A DNA stretch of 64,000 nt from the human T2T-CHM13v2.0 reference genome, Homo sapiens: the NCBI RefSeq assembly GCF_009914755.1, contig NC_060939.1, one strand, 5' to 3'. A program made the position numbers and the translations under genes. Each line of letters begins with the position of its first letter. The stretch's first letter is position 1. This document shows positions 41,485 to 53,700 of the stretch, one piece after another. The notes under the pieces were generated by a model. That model searched no databases and had not been told where the DNA came from. It saw only the letters and a program-made list of their open reading frames with translations.

Positions 41485-42579
41485 TTGGGAAATTTACAAA
41501 TATGTGCAAATTAAACAATACACTCCTAAATAATTAGTGGGGAAAAATCAAAGTAATGAAAGAGGGGTATCATCACTGATCTTACAAAAGTTTTTAAAAA
41601 GATCTCAGAGAAATACTATGAATCTGCCAGCAAATTAGGAAATCAAGATGAAATGGACAAATTTTTAAAAAGACATAAACGACCAAAACTGGCATAAGAA
41701 GAAATAGAAAGTGGAACAGACCTATACCAAGTAAAGAAATTGAATTAGTAGTTAAACATCCTTCTATATAGAAAAGACCAGGTCCAGATGACTCCACTGT
41801 TAATTTCTACCAAACATTTAAAGTAGAGTTAATACCAGTTCTTGATAAATATGTCCAAAAAAATAGAAGTGGTGCGAGAACACTTCCCAAATCTCTCTAA
41901 GAGGCCAGTATTACCCTGATACTGAAACCAGACAGAGATATCACAAGATAAGAAAAGTACAGACCAATAACCCTTATAACTATAGACACAAAAATCCTCA
42001 AGAAAATATTCACAAAGCAAATCTACCAAAACCTAAAAATAATTTTACACCATGAACAACTAGAATTTATCCCACATATAGAGTTGACTTAATACACAAA
42101 AATCCATTAACATAACGTATCATATTAATAGAATAAAAAACAAAACACATGATTATCCTAATAGATGCACAAAAAGCATTTGAAAAAATCAAACACAATT
42201 TCATAATAAAAAACACCCAAGAAACTAGGAATAGAAAAGAACTTCTGCAATCTGATAGAGGGTATCTGTGGAAAATCCACACCTAACATAATACTTATGG
42301 TGAAAAACCAAATGCTTTCCTCGTAAGGTCAGGAACAGGACAAGTATGTCCTTTCTTGTTAGTTCTATTTAACATTGTACTAGACGTCCTGGACGGGGTG
42401 ATTAAGAAAGAAAAATAAGTAAGAGGCATCCAGATTAGAAAGAAGGAAGTAAAACTGTCTATATTTGCAGATTACATAATATTGTATATAGAAAACACTA
42501 AGGTATCCACAAAAAAAACCTATTTGAACTAATAAATGAGTTTAGCAAGGTTGTAGTACACAATATCAATATAGAAAAT
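41485..42579 (+). mobile_element. Old L1M (L1MB/MC-like) ORF2 fragment, interrupted by MSTA and resuming near 45030
   Basis: Degenerate RT-region text (gatgaaatggacaaattt, aaaacacatgattatcctaatagatgcacaaaaagcatttg); sequence continuity across the MST insertion. Confidence 0.8.
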
Positions 42580-45029
42580 TGATATTTTTTGGATCTGTGT
42601 TCCTGCCCAAATCTCATGTTGAAGTATAATCCCCAATGCTGGAGGTGGTGCCTGGTGAGAACTGATTGGATCACGGGGGCAGTTTCTAATAGTTTAGCAC
42701 CATCCCCCTCTCCTTGGTACTACATAGTGATTGAGTTCTCATGAGATCTGGTCGTATAAAAAGTGTGTGGCATTCCCCCTCCCTCGCTCCTTCTCCAGCC
42801 ACATGTAAAGCAGTCCTGCTTTCCCTTTGCCTTCTACCATAATTGTAAGTTTCCTGAGGCCTATTCAGAAGCAGAAGCCACTATGCTTCCTGTAGAGCCT
42901 GCAGAACTGTAAACCAATTAAACCTCCTTTCTTTATAAATTACCCAGTCTCAGGTGTTTCTTTATAGCAGTGCAAGAACTAACACAGAAAATTGTCACTG
43001 AGGAGTGGAGCATTGCTGCAAAGATACCTGAAAATGTGAAAGCAGCTTTGGAATTGGGTAATGGGCAGAGGTTGAAAGAGTATGGAGGCCTCAGAAGAAG
43101 ACAGGAAGATGAGGGAAAATTTAGAATTTCCCAGAAATTGTTAAATGTTTGTGACCAAAATGCTGACAGTGATATGGACGGTGAAGGCCAGGCTGAGGAG
43201 GTTTCAAATGGAAATGGGGAACTTATTGGGAACTGGAGTAAAGGTCACTTTGTTATGCTTTAGCAAAGAGGGTGGCTGTATTGTGGGTTTGCTCTAGGGA
43301 TCTGTGGGACTTTGAACTTGAGAGTGATGATTTACAGTACCTGGTGGAAGAAAGTTCTAAGGATTGAAGCACTGAAGATGTGACTTGGCTGCTTCTAAAA
43401 GCCTATCTCATATGAGCAAAGAGAAGTAGAGAAAAGAAATGACCTGAAATTGGAACTTATATGTAAAAGAGAAGTAGAGCATATAAGTGTGGAAAATCTG
43501 CAGCCCAGCCATGTGGTAGAAATGAAAGGCCCATTTTTCAGGGGAAGAATTCAAGCAGGCTGCACAAATTTGCATAAGTAAAGAGGAGGCAAGTACTAAT
43601 AACCAAGACAATGAGGAGAAGTCTTCTAAGACATTTTAGGAAGCTTCATGGCAACCTCTCCTCATCACAAGCCCAGATGCCTGTAAGGACTAAATGGTTT
43701 CCTGGGCCAGGACCAGGGCCCACTGTCCTGAGTAGCCTCAGGACACTGCTCCTTGCATCCCTGCTACTCCAGCACCAGTTGTGGCTCAAAGGGGCCAAGA
43801 TATAGCTTGGGCCACTGCTTCAGAGCGTGCAAGTGGTAAGCTTTGGCAGTTTCCATGTGGTAATAAGCCTGAAGATGTGCAGAATGCAAGAGTTGAGGCT
43901 TAGGAGCCTCTGCCTAGATCTCAGAGGCCATATGGAAACACCTGGATGTCCAAGCAGAAGTCTGCCGCAGGAGTGGAGCCCTCATGAAGAACCTCTACTA
44001 GAGCACTGCAGAGGGGAAATGGGGGGTTGAAGCCCCTACATCTAGTCCCCACCTAAGGCACTGCTTAGTGGAGCTATGAGAAGAGGGCCATCATCCTCCA
44101 GTCCCCAGAATGGTAGATTCACCAGTAGCTTGCATCCTCAGCCTGGAAAAGCTGCAGGCATTCAACAGCCCATGAGAGCAGCTGTGGGGGCTGAACCCTG
44201 GGAAGCCACAGGGGTGAAGCGGCCCATGGTCTTCAGAGCCCACCCCTTGCACCGGTGTGCCCTGGATGTGAGACATGGAGTCAAAGGAGATTATTTTGGA
44301 GCTTTAAGATTTAATGACTGCCTTGCTGGGTTTCAGACTTGTATGGGACCCGTAGTCCCTTTCTTCTGACCAATTTTTCCCCTTAGGAATCTGAGTATTT
44401 ACCCAATGTTTGTACCCCCATTGTATCTTGGAAGTAACTAACATGTTTTTGATATTACAGGCTCATAGGTGAAAGGGAAGAGCCTTGTCTCAGATGAGGC
44501 TTTGGCCTTTGGACTTTTGAGTTTATGATGAAACAAGTTAAGACTTTGGGATACTGTTGGGAAGGTGTGATTCTATTTTACAATGTGAGAAGGAGATGAT
44601 ATTTGGGAGGGGCCAGAGGTGGAATGATATGGTTTGAATATGTGTCCCTACTTAAATCTGATGTTGAAATGTAATCCCCAATGCTGGAGGTTGGGCCTAG
44701 TGGAAACTGATTGGATCAAGGGGGTGGTTTCTAATAGTTTAGCACCATGCCCCCTTGGTACTGTACAGTGAGTGCATTCTCATGAGATACGGTTGTTTAA
44801 AAAGTGTGTGGCATCTCCCCATAACTCTCTCTTCTGCTTCAGCCATGTAAGACGTGCCTACGTCCCCTTCACCTTCTGCCATGATTAAGTTTTCTGAGGC
44901 CTCCCCAGAAGCAGCAGCCACTATGCTTCCTGTACAGCCTGCAGAACTGTGAGCCAATTAAATCTTTTCTCTTTATAAATTATCCAGTCTCAGTTATTCC
45001 TTTACAGCAGTGAAAAACCAACTAATACA
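42580..45029 (+). mobile_element. Full-length ERVL-MaLR MSTA provirus: LTR 42580-42986, internal 42987-44624, LTR 44625-45029; 5-bp TSD aaaat
   Basis: Two similar ~405-bp LTRs (tgatat...aca), MST-internal text, and a purine tract before the second LTR. aaaat at 42575-42579 and 45030-45034. Confidence 0.93.
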
Positions 45030-45930
45030 AAAATTCTATTGTAATTCTGGCAATAAACAATCCAAAAATAAAATTAACAAAACAATTCTTCTCTCAATAG
45101 CACCACAAAAAAGAAAATGTACCAAGAAATCATGAATATTTATGTATCTAACAGCATAGTCTCTGGATATAATTATAAAGATAAATTGACAAAATTGTAG
45201 TCATTGTACTGATTTTAGCACAAGTCTATCTATCAGAAACAGATAACTCAAGGGGATAAAATATTCTATATTAAAAATATGAAATAAAACAGAATTAATA
45301 ACTTTGGTAAAGCATGTATGTGTAAAAATACTAAAACAACATTACCTGCATTTATGAACTAGAAAGAATACATTATTTTCAAGTTGCTACTGACCCTTGT
45401 GTGTACACAAACACAAACGCCCAATATGAACATATGTACCAGTGATATAAAGAATATACATTCTTTATGGCATACATTGAACTTTTTTTAAAGGAACATA
45501 AAAATCCTCAATAAATTTAAAAGAAACAGTATCTGCTAAAATCTTCATTCTTATCCATACTGCAATTTAATTTAGAAATCAGTAATAAAAAGTTAAGTTT
45601 TGAAAATGATAATGTGCCCTCCTGAGTAATTCATAGTTTAAAAATACATCACAATGTAAGTTATAAAATATTTAAAACTGAGGTCCTCCCTCTTACAATT
45701 AAAATAACCTGGACATAAACAACAAAAATAGTCAGTCTCTGGAAGGTAGACAGAAGCCTGCTTAACTAGGAACCTCAGGACCTGAGGAACAAACAACACT
45801 ACAGTGAATTCCCTGGGTTTTCACCTTGCCTCCCATATATCCCAGAAGAGGTTATGGTGAAACCAGTGACCTCAAACTGCCTGAAGGCATAGGCATGAAA
45901 GATCCCAAGAAAAGCCTGTCCCCTCTAACC

Positions 45931-46149
45931 CAGTGGTGTCAAATCTTTTGGCTTCCCTGGATCACATTGGAAGAAAAATAATTGTCTTGGGCCACACATA
46001 AAATATACTAACACTAATGATAGTTGATTAGCTAAAAAAAAATGCAAAAAACTTACAACATTTTAAGAAGGTCTACAAATTTGTTTTGGGCCCCATTCAA
46101 AGCTGTCCTGGGCCGCATGCAGCCCATAGGCTGCAGGTTGGACAACTTG
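45931..46149 (+). mobile_element. MER30 (hAT-Charlie MITE) with 8-bp TSD (c/a)tctaacc
   Basis: cagtggtgtcaaatcttttggcttccctgg...ggttggacaacttg; TSD at 45923-45930 and 46150-46157 (7/8). Confidence 0.9.
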
Positions 46150-47091
46150 ATCTAACCAAAGGACTAGGAAAAGGGGGCCCTAGCAGAACAGAAAGTCCTT
46201 TAGACAATATTTAACCTACTCCAGTCAGTGCCAAAGGAAAAACTGCTCTTCCCTTACCCTGGTGTTAGTGAGGCCAAGCAGGAGCTCAACCTCTTGTCTC
46301 ACCAAGGAACAATAAAGCAAAGTAAGTTGACCTTGCACTTTCACAACCAAGGTGGTGCCAGTAGGGCTGAATGGGTAGGGGGACTGAATGGTGGGTAGCT
46401 GACTTCCACCCTTAACAGGCAGCAAAGGTAGTAGTGCAAGACAGTGCTATTTGCATTCCACTTTTCCTGTCAGGGAGGTCCAGAGTGGACCTTCTGCTCT
46501 CACACAGCAGCAATGAGCCAGAGCAAGGTGGTGTAAGTTGACACTCTGCTTTTGCAGGTATAGAAGCTCTGCTTTTTCCTTCCTCAACTGTGTCACTAAA
46601 GTGACTTGAGAAACTGCAGAGGGTGACGATCTTTCAGAAATAATGCTGACTTTAACTTCTTTCCTCCCTACCCTCTGCAAACCAGTGAGAAGCACCTAGG
46701 GTAGAACAGTAAGTAGGCCTCATTCAAAGAGATACACATTTATCACCATACCATCCTCCCTGGTGTAGCTCTGATGCCATTTTAACTGAAAAAAGACAAA
46801 CGTAGGTAGAGAACTTAACAGCTTTTGAAACACAGCTTTTGCCTATATGACTATTGTTTTAATTTAGAAAAACTCAGCTTATGGAGCAAATTGAGGTAGA
46901 TCCCTTCACTTATGAAAATGATAAATTAATTCAGAATTGGGGCCATTTTTGCCTTGCCATCTATAGCCCTACACACATGTGGATAGAAAAGCTTTGGGAA
47001 TTCCTATTCTCCTTGGGTGGGAGCTTAAAATTTATTTTCTTAAAAAATCACTACAAGAGTGACTTAGTGGAGTTTCAAATGCTGCTGTTAA

Positions 47092-47400
47092 GTGGAAACC
47101 ATTATCTTAAGGAAATTAAAGCTGCAACAGAAAACCAAATACCACATGTCCTCACTTATAAGAGGGAGCTAAACACTGAGCACTCGTGGACATAAAGATG
47201 GAAACAACAGACACTGTGGACTACTGGGGGGGATGGAGGGAGATGGGGAAGGGTTGAAAAACTAGCTGTTGGGTACAATTCTTAGTACCTGGGTGACGGG
47301 ATCATTTATACCCCAAACCTTAGCATCATGCAATATACCCAGGTAGCAAACCTGTGCGTGTACCCCCAAAATCTAAAATAAAAGTTGAAAAATAAAAACA
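47092..47400 (+). mobile_element. Short L1 3' end (L1PB4/L1PA16-17-like) with perfect 15-bp TSD aaatgctgctgttaa
   Basis: L1 3'UTR text; TSD at 47077-47091 and 47401-47415. Confidence 0.92.
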
Positions 47401-48389
47401 AAATGCTGCTGTTAATAAGACATGCCATTACACCACGGGTTAAAGGGACTTTAGTGAGACAGCCTAGAAACCAAGTACCCTTTATACCATTGTTTCTTAA
47501 GGAAAATAACAATCAAAGCTCCAAGCAACCCATTTGCAAGCTGGGAATACGATTCATCCTCATGTTGGGGCTGCTTGCTAATTTTTCTTTTATTGCTTCA
47601 GTGCATCCACTGATGCTGCTTGGTTTTATGCTATACTATTTCTTATTCTGTATAAAATTTTAATTAAAGTCTCAAATGCAGTGGTACATATTTCAAATTT
47701 TAATGTCTTTGTCAATAAAGGTAAATTTTTTTCTATGCCCATGTCCCAATTAAGTCTGTTTCACAATCAAGATCGAGTTCCAGAAACTGAGCTGAAAATG
47801 TCTGAATATCCTAACCTAAGATTTGAGGTTTCCTTTGTCAATCCTAACCTGATCTGCTATGCTAAAACACAATTAATTACAGTATAAGTGGTTGTAAAGA
47901 CAAAATAAACTTTTAAATTCAACTTTTAAATAAATCTTTAAAATGAATACCCAAACTACAAACTAACTTCACTGAAACTTTTTAAAAATTAAATTAAATT
48001 AAATCGGGAGGAACAGATTCTCCCAATTAGATCTGTTACCATATTTTATATAGGTCATACATCACATATACTATCAATAATATTACAAACTATATAAGAA
48101 ATGTAGCTTTGAGATAAGATAGTTTTAAGTCAACTGTCTATTCTTCATTAGATAATTATACATTGAGAATCTACTATGTAAGAACTCACTATGTCTAAGA
48201 CTAAGTGCAAGGCAAATTTAGTCATTAATCTTTAGAAAATTCCAATGGAGTACGTCTTGTGGGTTCCAAGATAGGAGGCTATAGACTTAGATAATTCTGT
48301 GTACTTGTCCACAATCACACAGGTAACGACTGGAAGAGGCAACTTTTAAACCCAGGTCATTCTAATTCCAAGCCCATGTTTTAATGATT

Positions 48390-48730
48390 TATTTCTTTTC
48401 TTAACAACTTTATGGTCATTTGCATAGTATATAATTAATCCATTGTGTTTAATTAAATGATTTTTAGTGCATTTACAGAGTTGTGCAGCCCTCACCATAA
48501 TTAAGTTCTAGAACATTTCTTTCACCACAAAAAGATCCCTTGCTCTCATTTCCCATTGCCACTCCCACCATTAACCTACTTTCTATGGCTACAGATTTTC
48601 CTTTTTTGGACATTTCATTATAATAAAATCACTCAATATGTGGACCTTTTTATTTGGCTTCTTTCACTTAACATGTTTTTGAGATTCATTCATGTTGTGG
48701 CATGTATCAATATTACATTATTTTTTATTG
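48390..48730 (-). mobile_element. Old L1M 3' fragment
   Basis: Reverse L1M 3'UTR text (tggcttctttcacttaacatgtttttgagattcattcatgttgtggcatgtatca). Confidence 0.75.
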
Positions 48731-50256
48731 CTGCATCTCTATTAGCTTTATACTGCACAAATAATCTTATAATTGAAGAGAAATAAAAATGTATTAACAT
48801 TAGGATCTGAGATCTTCTTACACTAGTGAAAAATCCTTATTTTGCACAACGTTTCTCTCCTTCCGCATCTTCATCATCTGAGTCTGGGGACCTTTTATCA
48901 TTTAATGTGGCTTTCCCCAGAACATTTTTACTTGTTGTCTGCTTCAAACCTAGGCTGCACAGCACCACTGGAGTAATAGAGTATATTTTAAAAAGTGCTT
49001 TGAGCATGTTACTTTTAGATTCTCAATAGCTCCCAAGTGTCTGTAGAATTAAGTTCAAATTCATTGAGTTGGCATATCCAGGCTTCCAGTCAAGTTCTTT
49101 TTTCCTTTCCTGTCTAACTTTGCATCCCTCTTCCTTCATGTGGTCACATTTCTCTGACTGATGCCCTGCATGTTTAACTCATTTCCAAGTGTGTGCTTTT
49201 CCCTGTGCCTGTTACCCAAATGGCAATCCTTCCCCTCTTCTCAGCTTCTATCCCAAATCCTACCTCCTTTAATGCTTCATTCTTGTCTTCCCCAGCCCCA
49301 TATTCTCTCTCCCTTCAACTCTTTAGCAATGACTTTCTGTATCATATTTTTAGCCTTAGGCATTCACAGAAACTGTTCATGCGTGAAAGTGTGAGTGAGA
49401 CTCCTTCAATCTAGGAAATATATTTTCTGGTGTGAACTATTTGAGGGCAGGTTTCATGTCTGATTCCTTCAATGGGGGGTGGGGAGTGGAGAGGGGTTAC
49501 TTCCCATATCAATATTTTGCAATTAGTAGTACTCAAGAAAATTCATTGAATGAAAAATTTGTATTCCTTTACACAACCAGGAAAATGAATGCATGAAATA
49601 GTACTGACCAATGAAAGCAGCATTTTTTTCCTTTTAACTGTAAGGAATGAGGTGAACAAACATAAACTTCAGCTTTACTATCAACACTTCAACAACAAAA
49701 GAGCTAAGAATAATTCCCAAGAAATGTGTGTCCAACCTCTTAGCTATAACATTAGACAAAGTCTTTTTTCAAGGGTGAAATGAAAAATGTTCAACACCAC
49801 AATGGGGCTATCTAAGGGCAGCTCCATCACTGCCAGATATTCCAGTGCCTTAGCAAAGTAAGAGATGCTCAGGTCCAATATCCAATCTAGCAGGGCTTTC
49901 ATTTCCTTCCAATCATAAAACAGAGGGCTACCCTGGAATAGAAAAACGACACAAGAAAGAACAATGACAGATTTCTACTCCATGGCAACATGCCAAAGGC
50001 TTGTTTAAACATGGTCCTGGAAGTCAGGAAAAGTGACATTTTGTTATTGGTACTTTAACATATAAAATATCCTTCTAGATTTGTAATCAAGATTTTATAT
50101 TTTCTCCTAATCACATTCTTTTTTTTTTTTTTTTTGGTACAGACTGGCCTTGCACCAAATTACAGAGAAACATACTGAAAAATCAGAAAATTTTTCTAAC
50201 TTTAAAATATCAAGAAGGTATTATTTGTGCTCTGATACGTTTATTAAGCCATGGTT

Positions 50257-50537
50257 AGCTGGGTGCAGTGGCTCATGCCTCTAATCCCAGCACTTTCGGA
50301 GGACAATGCGAGCAGATCACCTGAGGTCAGGAGTTCCAGACAGCCTGACCAACATGGCAAAACCCCGTCTCTACTAAAAATACAAAAATTAGCCAGGCAT
50401 GATGGCGGGTACCTGTAATCCCAGCTACTTGGGAGGCAGAGGCAGGAGAATTGCTTGAACCCGGGAGGGTTGCAGTGAGCTGAGATTGAGCCATTGCACC
50501 CCAGCCTGGGCATCTCAAGAAAAAAAGAAAAAAAAAG
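50257..50537 (+). mobile_element. AluS
   Basis: Dimer with A-tail; flanking ccatggt duplicated. Confidence 0.93.
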
Positions 50538-50883
50538 AACCATGGTCACTGCAACACCAAGTTTCTCACTAAGGAAGTCTACTCCATCTCCTGACATCTT
50601 TGTTTCTTGTAATGGCAACATTCTACCAGTCCACCAATCTTATATATAGATATTACCTTTTCTTTCCCTTCTCTGAATCCCCTCTCTTTCTTCAATGCCT
50701 TTCCTACCACATCCTTTCCTTCATAGTTTGTTAACCATTAATTAATCCCTCTACTCATCAAAAGTATCTCCTATGTGCTGGGTGATGTGCTATATGTGGA
50801 CGACTCAACAGCGAGCAGAACAGACAGCCGCAGTCCCTGGAGCAGAGCTTGCAGCCTAATTCATCTCACTTAAATTCTTTTCT

Positions 50884-51165
50884 GTCCAGGTGCGGTTGCT
50901 CATGCCTGTAATTCCAGCATTCTGGGAGGCTGAGTGCAAGAGTTCGAGACCAGCCTGGGCAACATAGCAAGACCTCGTCTCTACAGATAATTAAAAATTA
51001 TATAAAATAAAATTTTATATAATTTTATTTATTTATAAAATTATATATAATTTTATTTATTTATAAAATTATATATAATTTTATTTATTTATAAAATTAT
51101 ATATAATTTTATTTATTTATAAAATTATATATAATGTTATAAATTAAAAATTATATAAAATAAAA
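50884..51165 (+). mobile_element. FLAM/Alu left monomer whose tail is an AT-only 28-bp tandem array; 12-bp TSD aaattcttttct
   Basis: Monomer 50884-50986; TSD at 50872-50883 and 51166-51177; perfect 28-bp units start at 51041, 51069 and 51097. Confidence 0.9.
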
Positions 51166-52149
51166 AAATTCTTTTCTTGCCTTATCTCCTAACTGCAGTG
51201 TGTGCCTGGCACTGCTGTCTGATTCTTCTGCTATTAATAGTTAATATTGGCCTTATGATCTTTGTGATTGCCCTGCCTTTGTGTCTCTTTTCATGCGGAA
51301 AGTGCCCTAACACCCATCTACAGAAATTGTAGTCCTGAAGAAAGCTCATTTCCCTCAAGAGACCACCTTCCCTAAACCTTTAATAATCTGCCCTTCCAGT
51401 TGCAATCTTGCCTTCCTTGGAGTTCCCATGACATTCTAATATCTTAGAGTTCATAAAACATGAGGTATTTTATAGAAGACTTCATTGAGCCTAAAAATAC
51501 CAGATAAAATTGAATCATATAATCATGGAGTACAACATATTAAATTTCATAACATTCTCCTTCTAGTAACTATTCAATGCTGAAATATAATGGTTGAAGA
51601 TGTTATTCCAGGTCTTTTAAAAAATAATAAAAACTAGCACACTTTTAAAAATTAAGTATGCTTTTGTTTATGGTAACATGGGATATAGCCTTTGGGTGTG
51701 AGTCCTGCACATTTCAGTTAGCCCATCTCTAACCTCTGTGTGACCAGAGGAATTCACTTAAGAAACTGTCGCCTAAGTGAAAAATAAATGTCTTACAACA
51801 CTAGCCCATTTAAGCACCTAATTACAAGGTCAGTCAAAAGTCAACTTGTTCTATAACAGATTGCTTTCATCAGTGGCTTCTTGTCTACCCAGAGCTTCAG
51901 TTAGGATGCCTCCACTCTTGGGTCCTGATATGCTTGGATGCCATAGCCCTAACTTTGTACTAAGTCTCCTAAAAATCTTACTGATGTAGAATTTGGGGTA
52001 ATTTGGAAAAGGACATAAGTTATCCTTACATAAGCCATTTCTCCACAGATTACAAATGAAAAGTAGCATTTTTCCATTCTTTTTCTAAAAATACAATCAT
52101 TGAACACTTTCTGGTTATTTTAAAAATTCTTTAAAATGAAATTTCAGGG

Positions 52150-53700
52150 TAAAAAGCTATGTTATCTTTAAAGTATTGGCTAAATTGTGAGGCTGCTCCA
52201 GCAAGTCTGTTTCAAAACACACTTCAACAAATGTGGATATATGTAAGTTATTCTTTTGTCATGCTGTCAAAAAATTTAGTACTTCTTTTAATATTTGTTA
52301 ATAATAGGAAATGTGCATTGTGGGCTTTTAGTGAGAAAAGCTTAAAGACTAGTTGTATTTTTCTGTGGCTTACGTGTCAATCTTTGCCCAATTTCTTCAT
52401 TTACTATTTACCTTTTCCTTTTCAATTTGTGAGTCCCTTTATATATAAAGATATTAATACTTTATTGAATATTACAAAGATTTTTTCAAGTCTGTTATAA
52501 GGTTTTAAGTTGACTTGTAAGTTTTTGAGGTTTTTACAATTTTTTAAGTAGTAAAAATATTCATTTTTTTCATTTTTTTCTGAAATTTTGCCTCTTAGAT
52601 CTTTTGTAACATGATTACTAAAAATATTATCAAGTATTTTCCTTTAGTAATTTATCCCTCTACATTTAAAATTTTTATTCATCTGAAGTTTATTTTTGTG
52701 AAAGGTAGAGAGTTGGGATATAATTTTATATTTTATACAAAAATCACACTCAGTTATACAAAAGCCTTTTATTAACTTTCCTCTTTGACTTTAAGTGCCA
52801 TCTTTAACAAAGAGTAGGTTATGATATGCTCATTCCTGGACCATCTTTTTTTTCCCCATTTATCTCTTTCTCTGTTCTTGAACTTGTACCAAGTGCTACT
52901 ATTTTACTGTGTGTGTATTTGTGTGTGTATGTGTGTATGGAGATAAATATGTAGACAGAGAGATAATATGTTTGACATCTGAGAAGGAAGAAGGAAGGCT
53001 CCAGCCATCATTCTGCTATCTTAGCTCAATTCACATATTTGTTTTTCAAGAAGAATTTTATAATCAACTCATTGGTTCCTGGAAACCCACTAAGGAGATT
53101 TTGAAATGGATTGTTATTAAATATATAGAGTTGTGAGTATGGAAACCTTTAAAATAGTGTGCTTGCTCTCTGGGACTATATCATTTTGTTAAATTAAGGC
53201 ATTTTTGTGTCTTTTAGTAATTTTTAGAATATGGTTTCATATGGCTCTTGCATATTTCTTATGAAATCTATTCCTATTTATTTTCTTTTTAATGACCTAT
53301 GAATGGAATTTTAATTCCATTGTACATTCTAATTGGTGTTTTTTTATATAAGCACTTAAGTTTTGTTTTTAGCCAACGACCATGCTGAACATTATTTTTT
53401 GTTTTATTAGGTTTTCTGATCTATTAATATTTTATATGCAGAGTGTCCACTATTACTCTATTTGAATAAAGGTAATGCTTTTCTTTCTTTCCATCTTTTT
53501 TTTCTGTTTCTTATATTTTGGCATTTGCTTAAGCTGTCAGAAAAAAATGTTAAATAATAGCAGAAATTGTAGATTACTGTAATTTTACTTGGTATGATTA
53601 CTGTTGCTATTTTAAAAACTCATTTGATTCATATATTTTCTTGATGTTGAATAAGTTAAATGGTTTTTCTAGGTCCATTTATGTGAGTAACCACCCTTCT
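52150..53700 (-). mobile_element. Very old L1ME-like remnant
   Basis: T-rich text resembling reverse L1 ORF2 3' half; too decayed to classify. Confidence 0.5.

Noticed and set aside
42970-44369. ORFs of 60-100 aa in the MST internal region
   Set aside because: Decayed MaLR internal sequence broken by stops and frameshifts.
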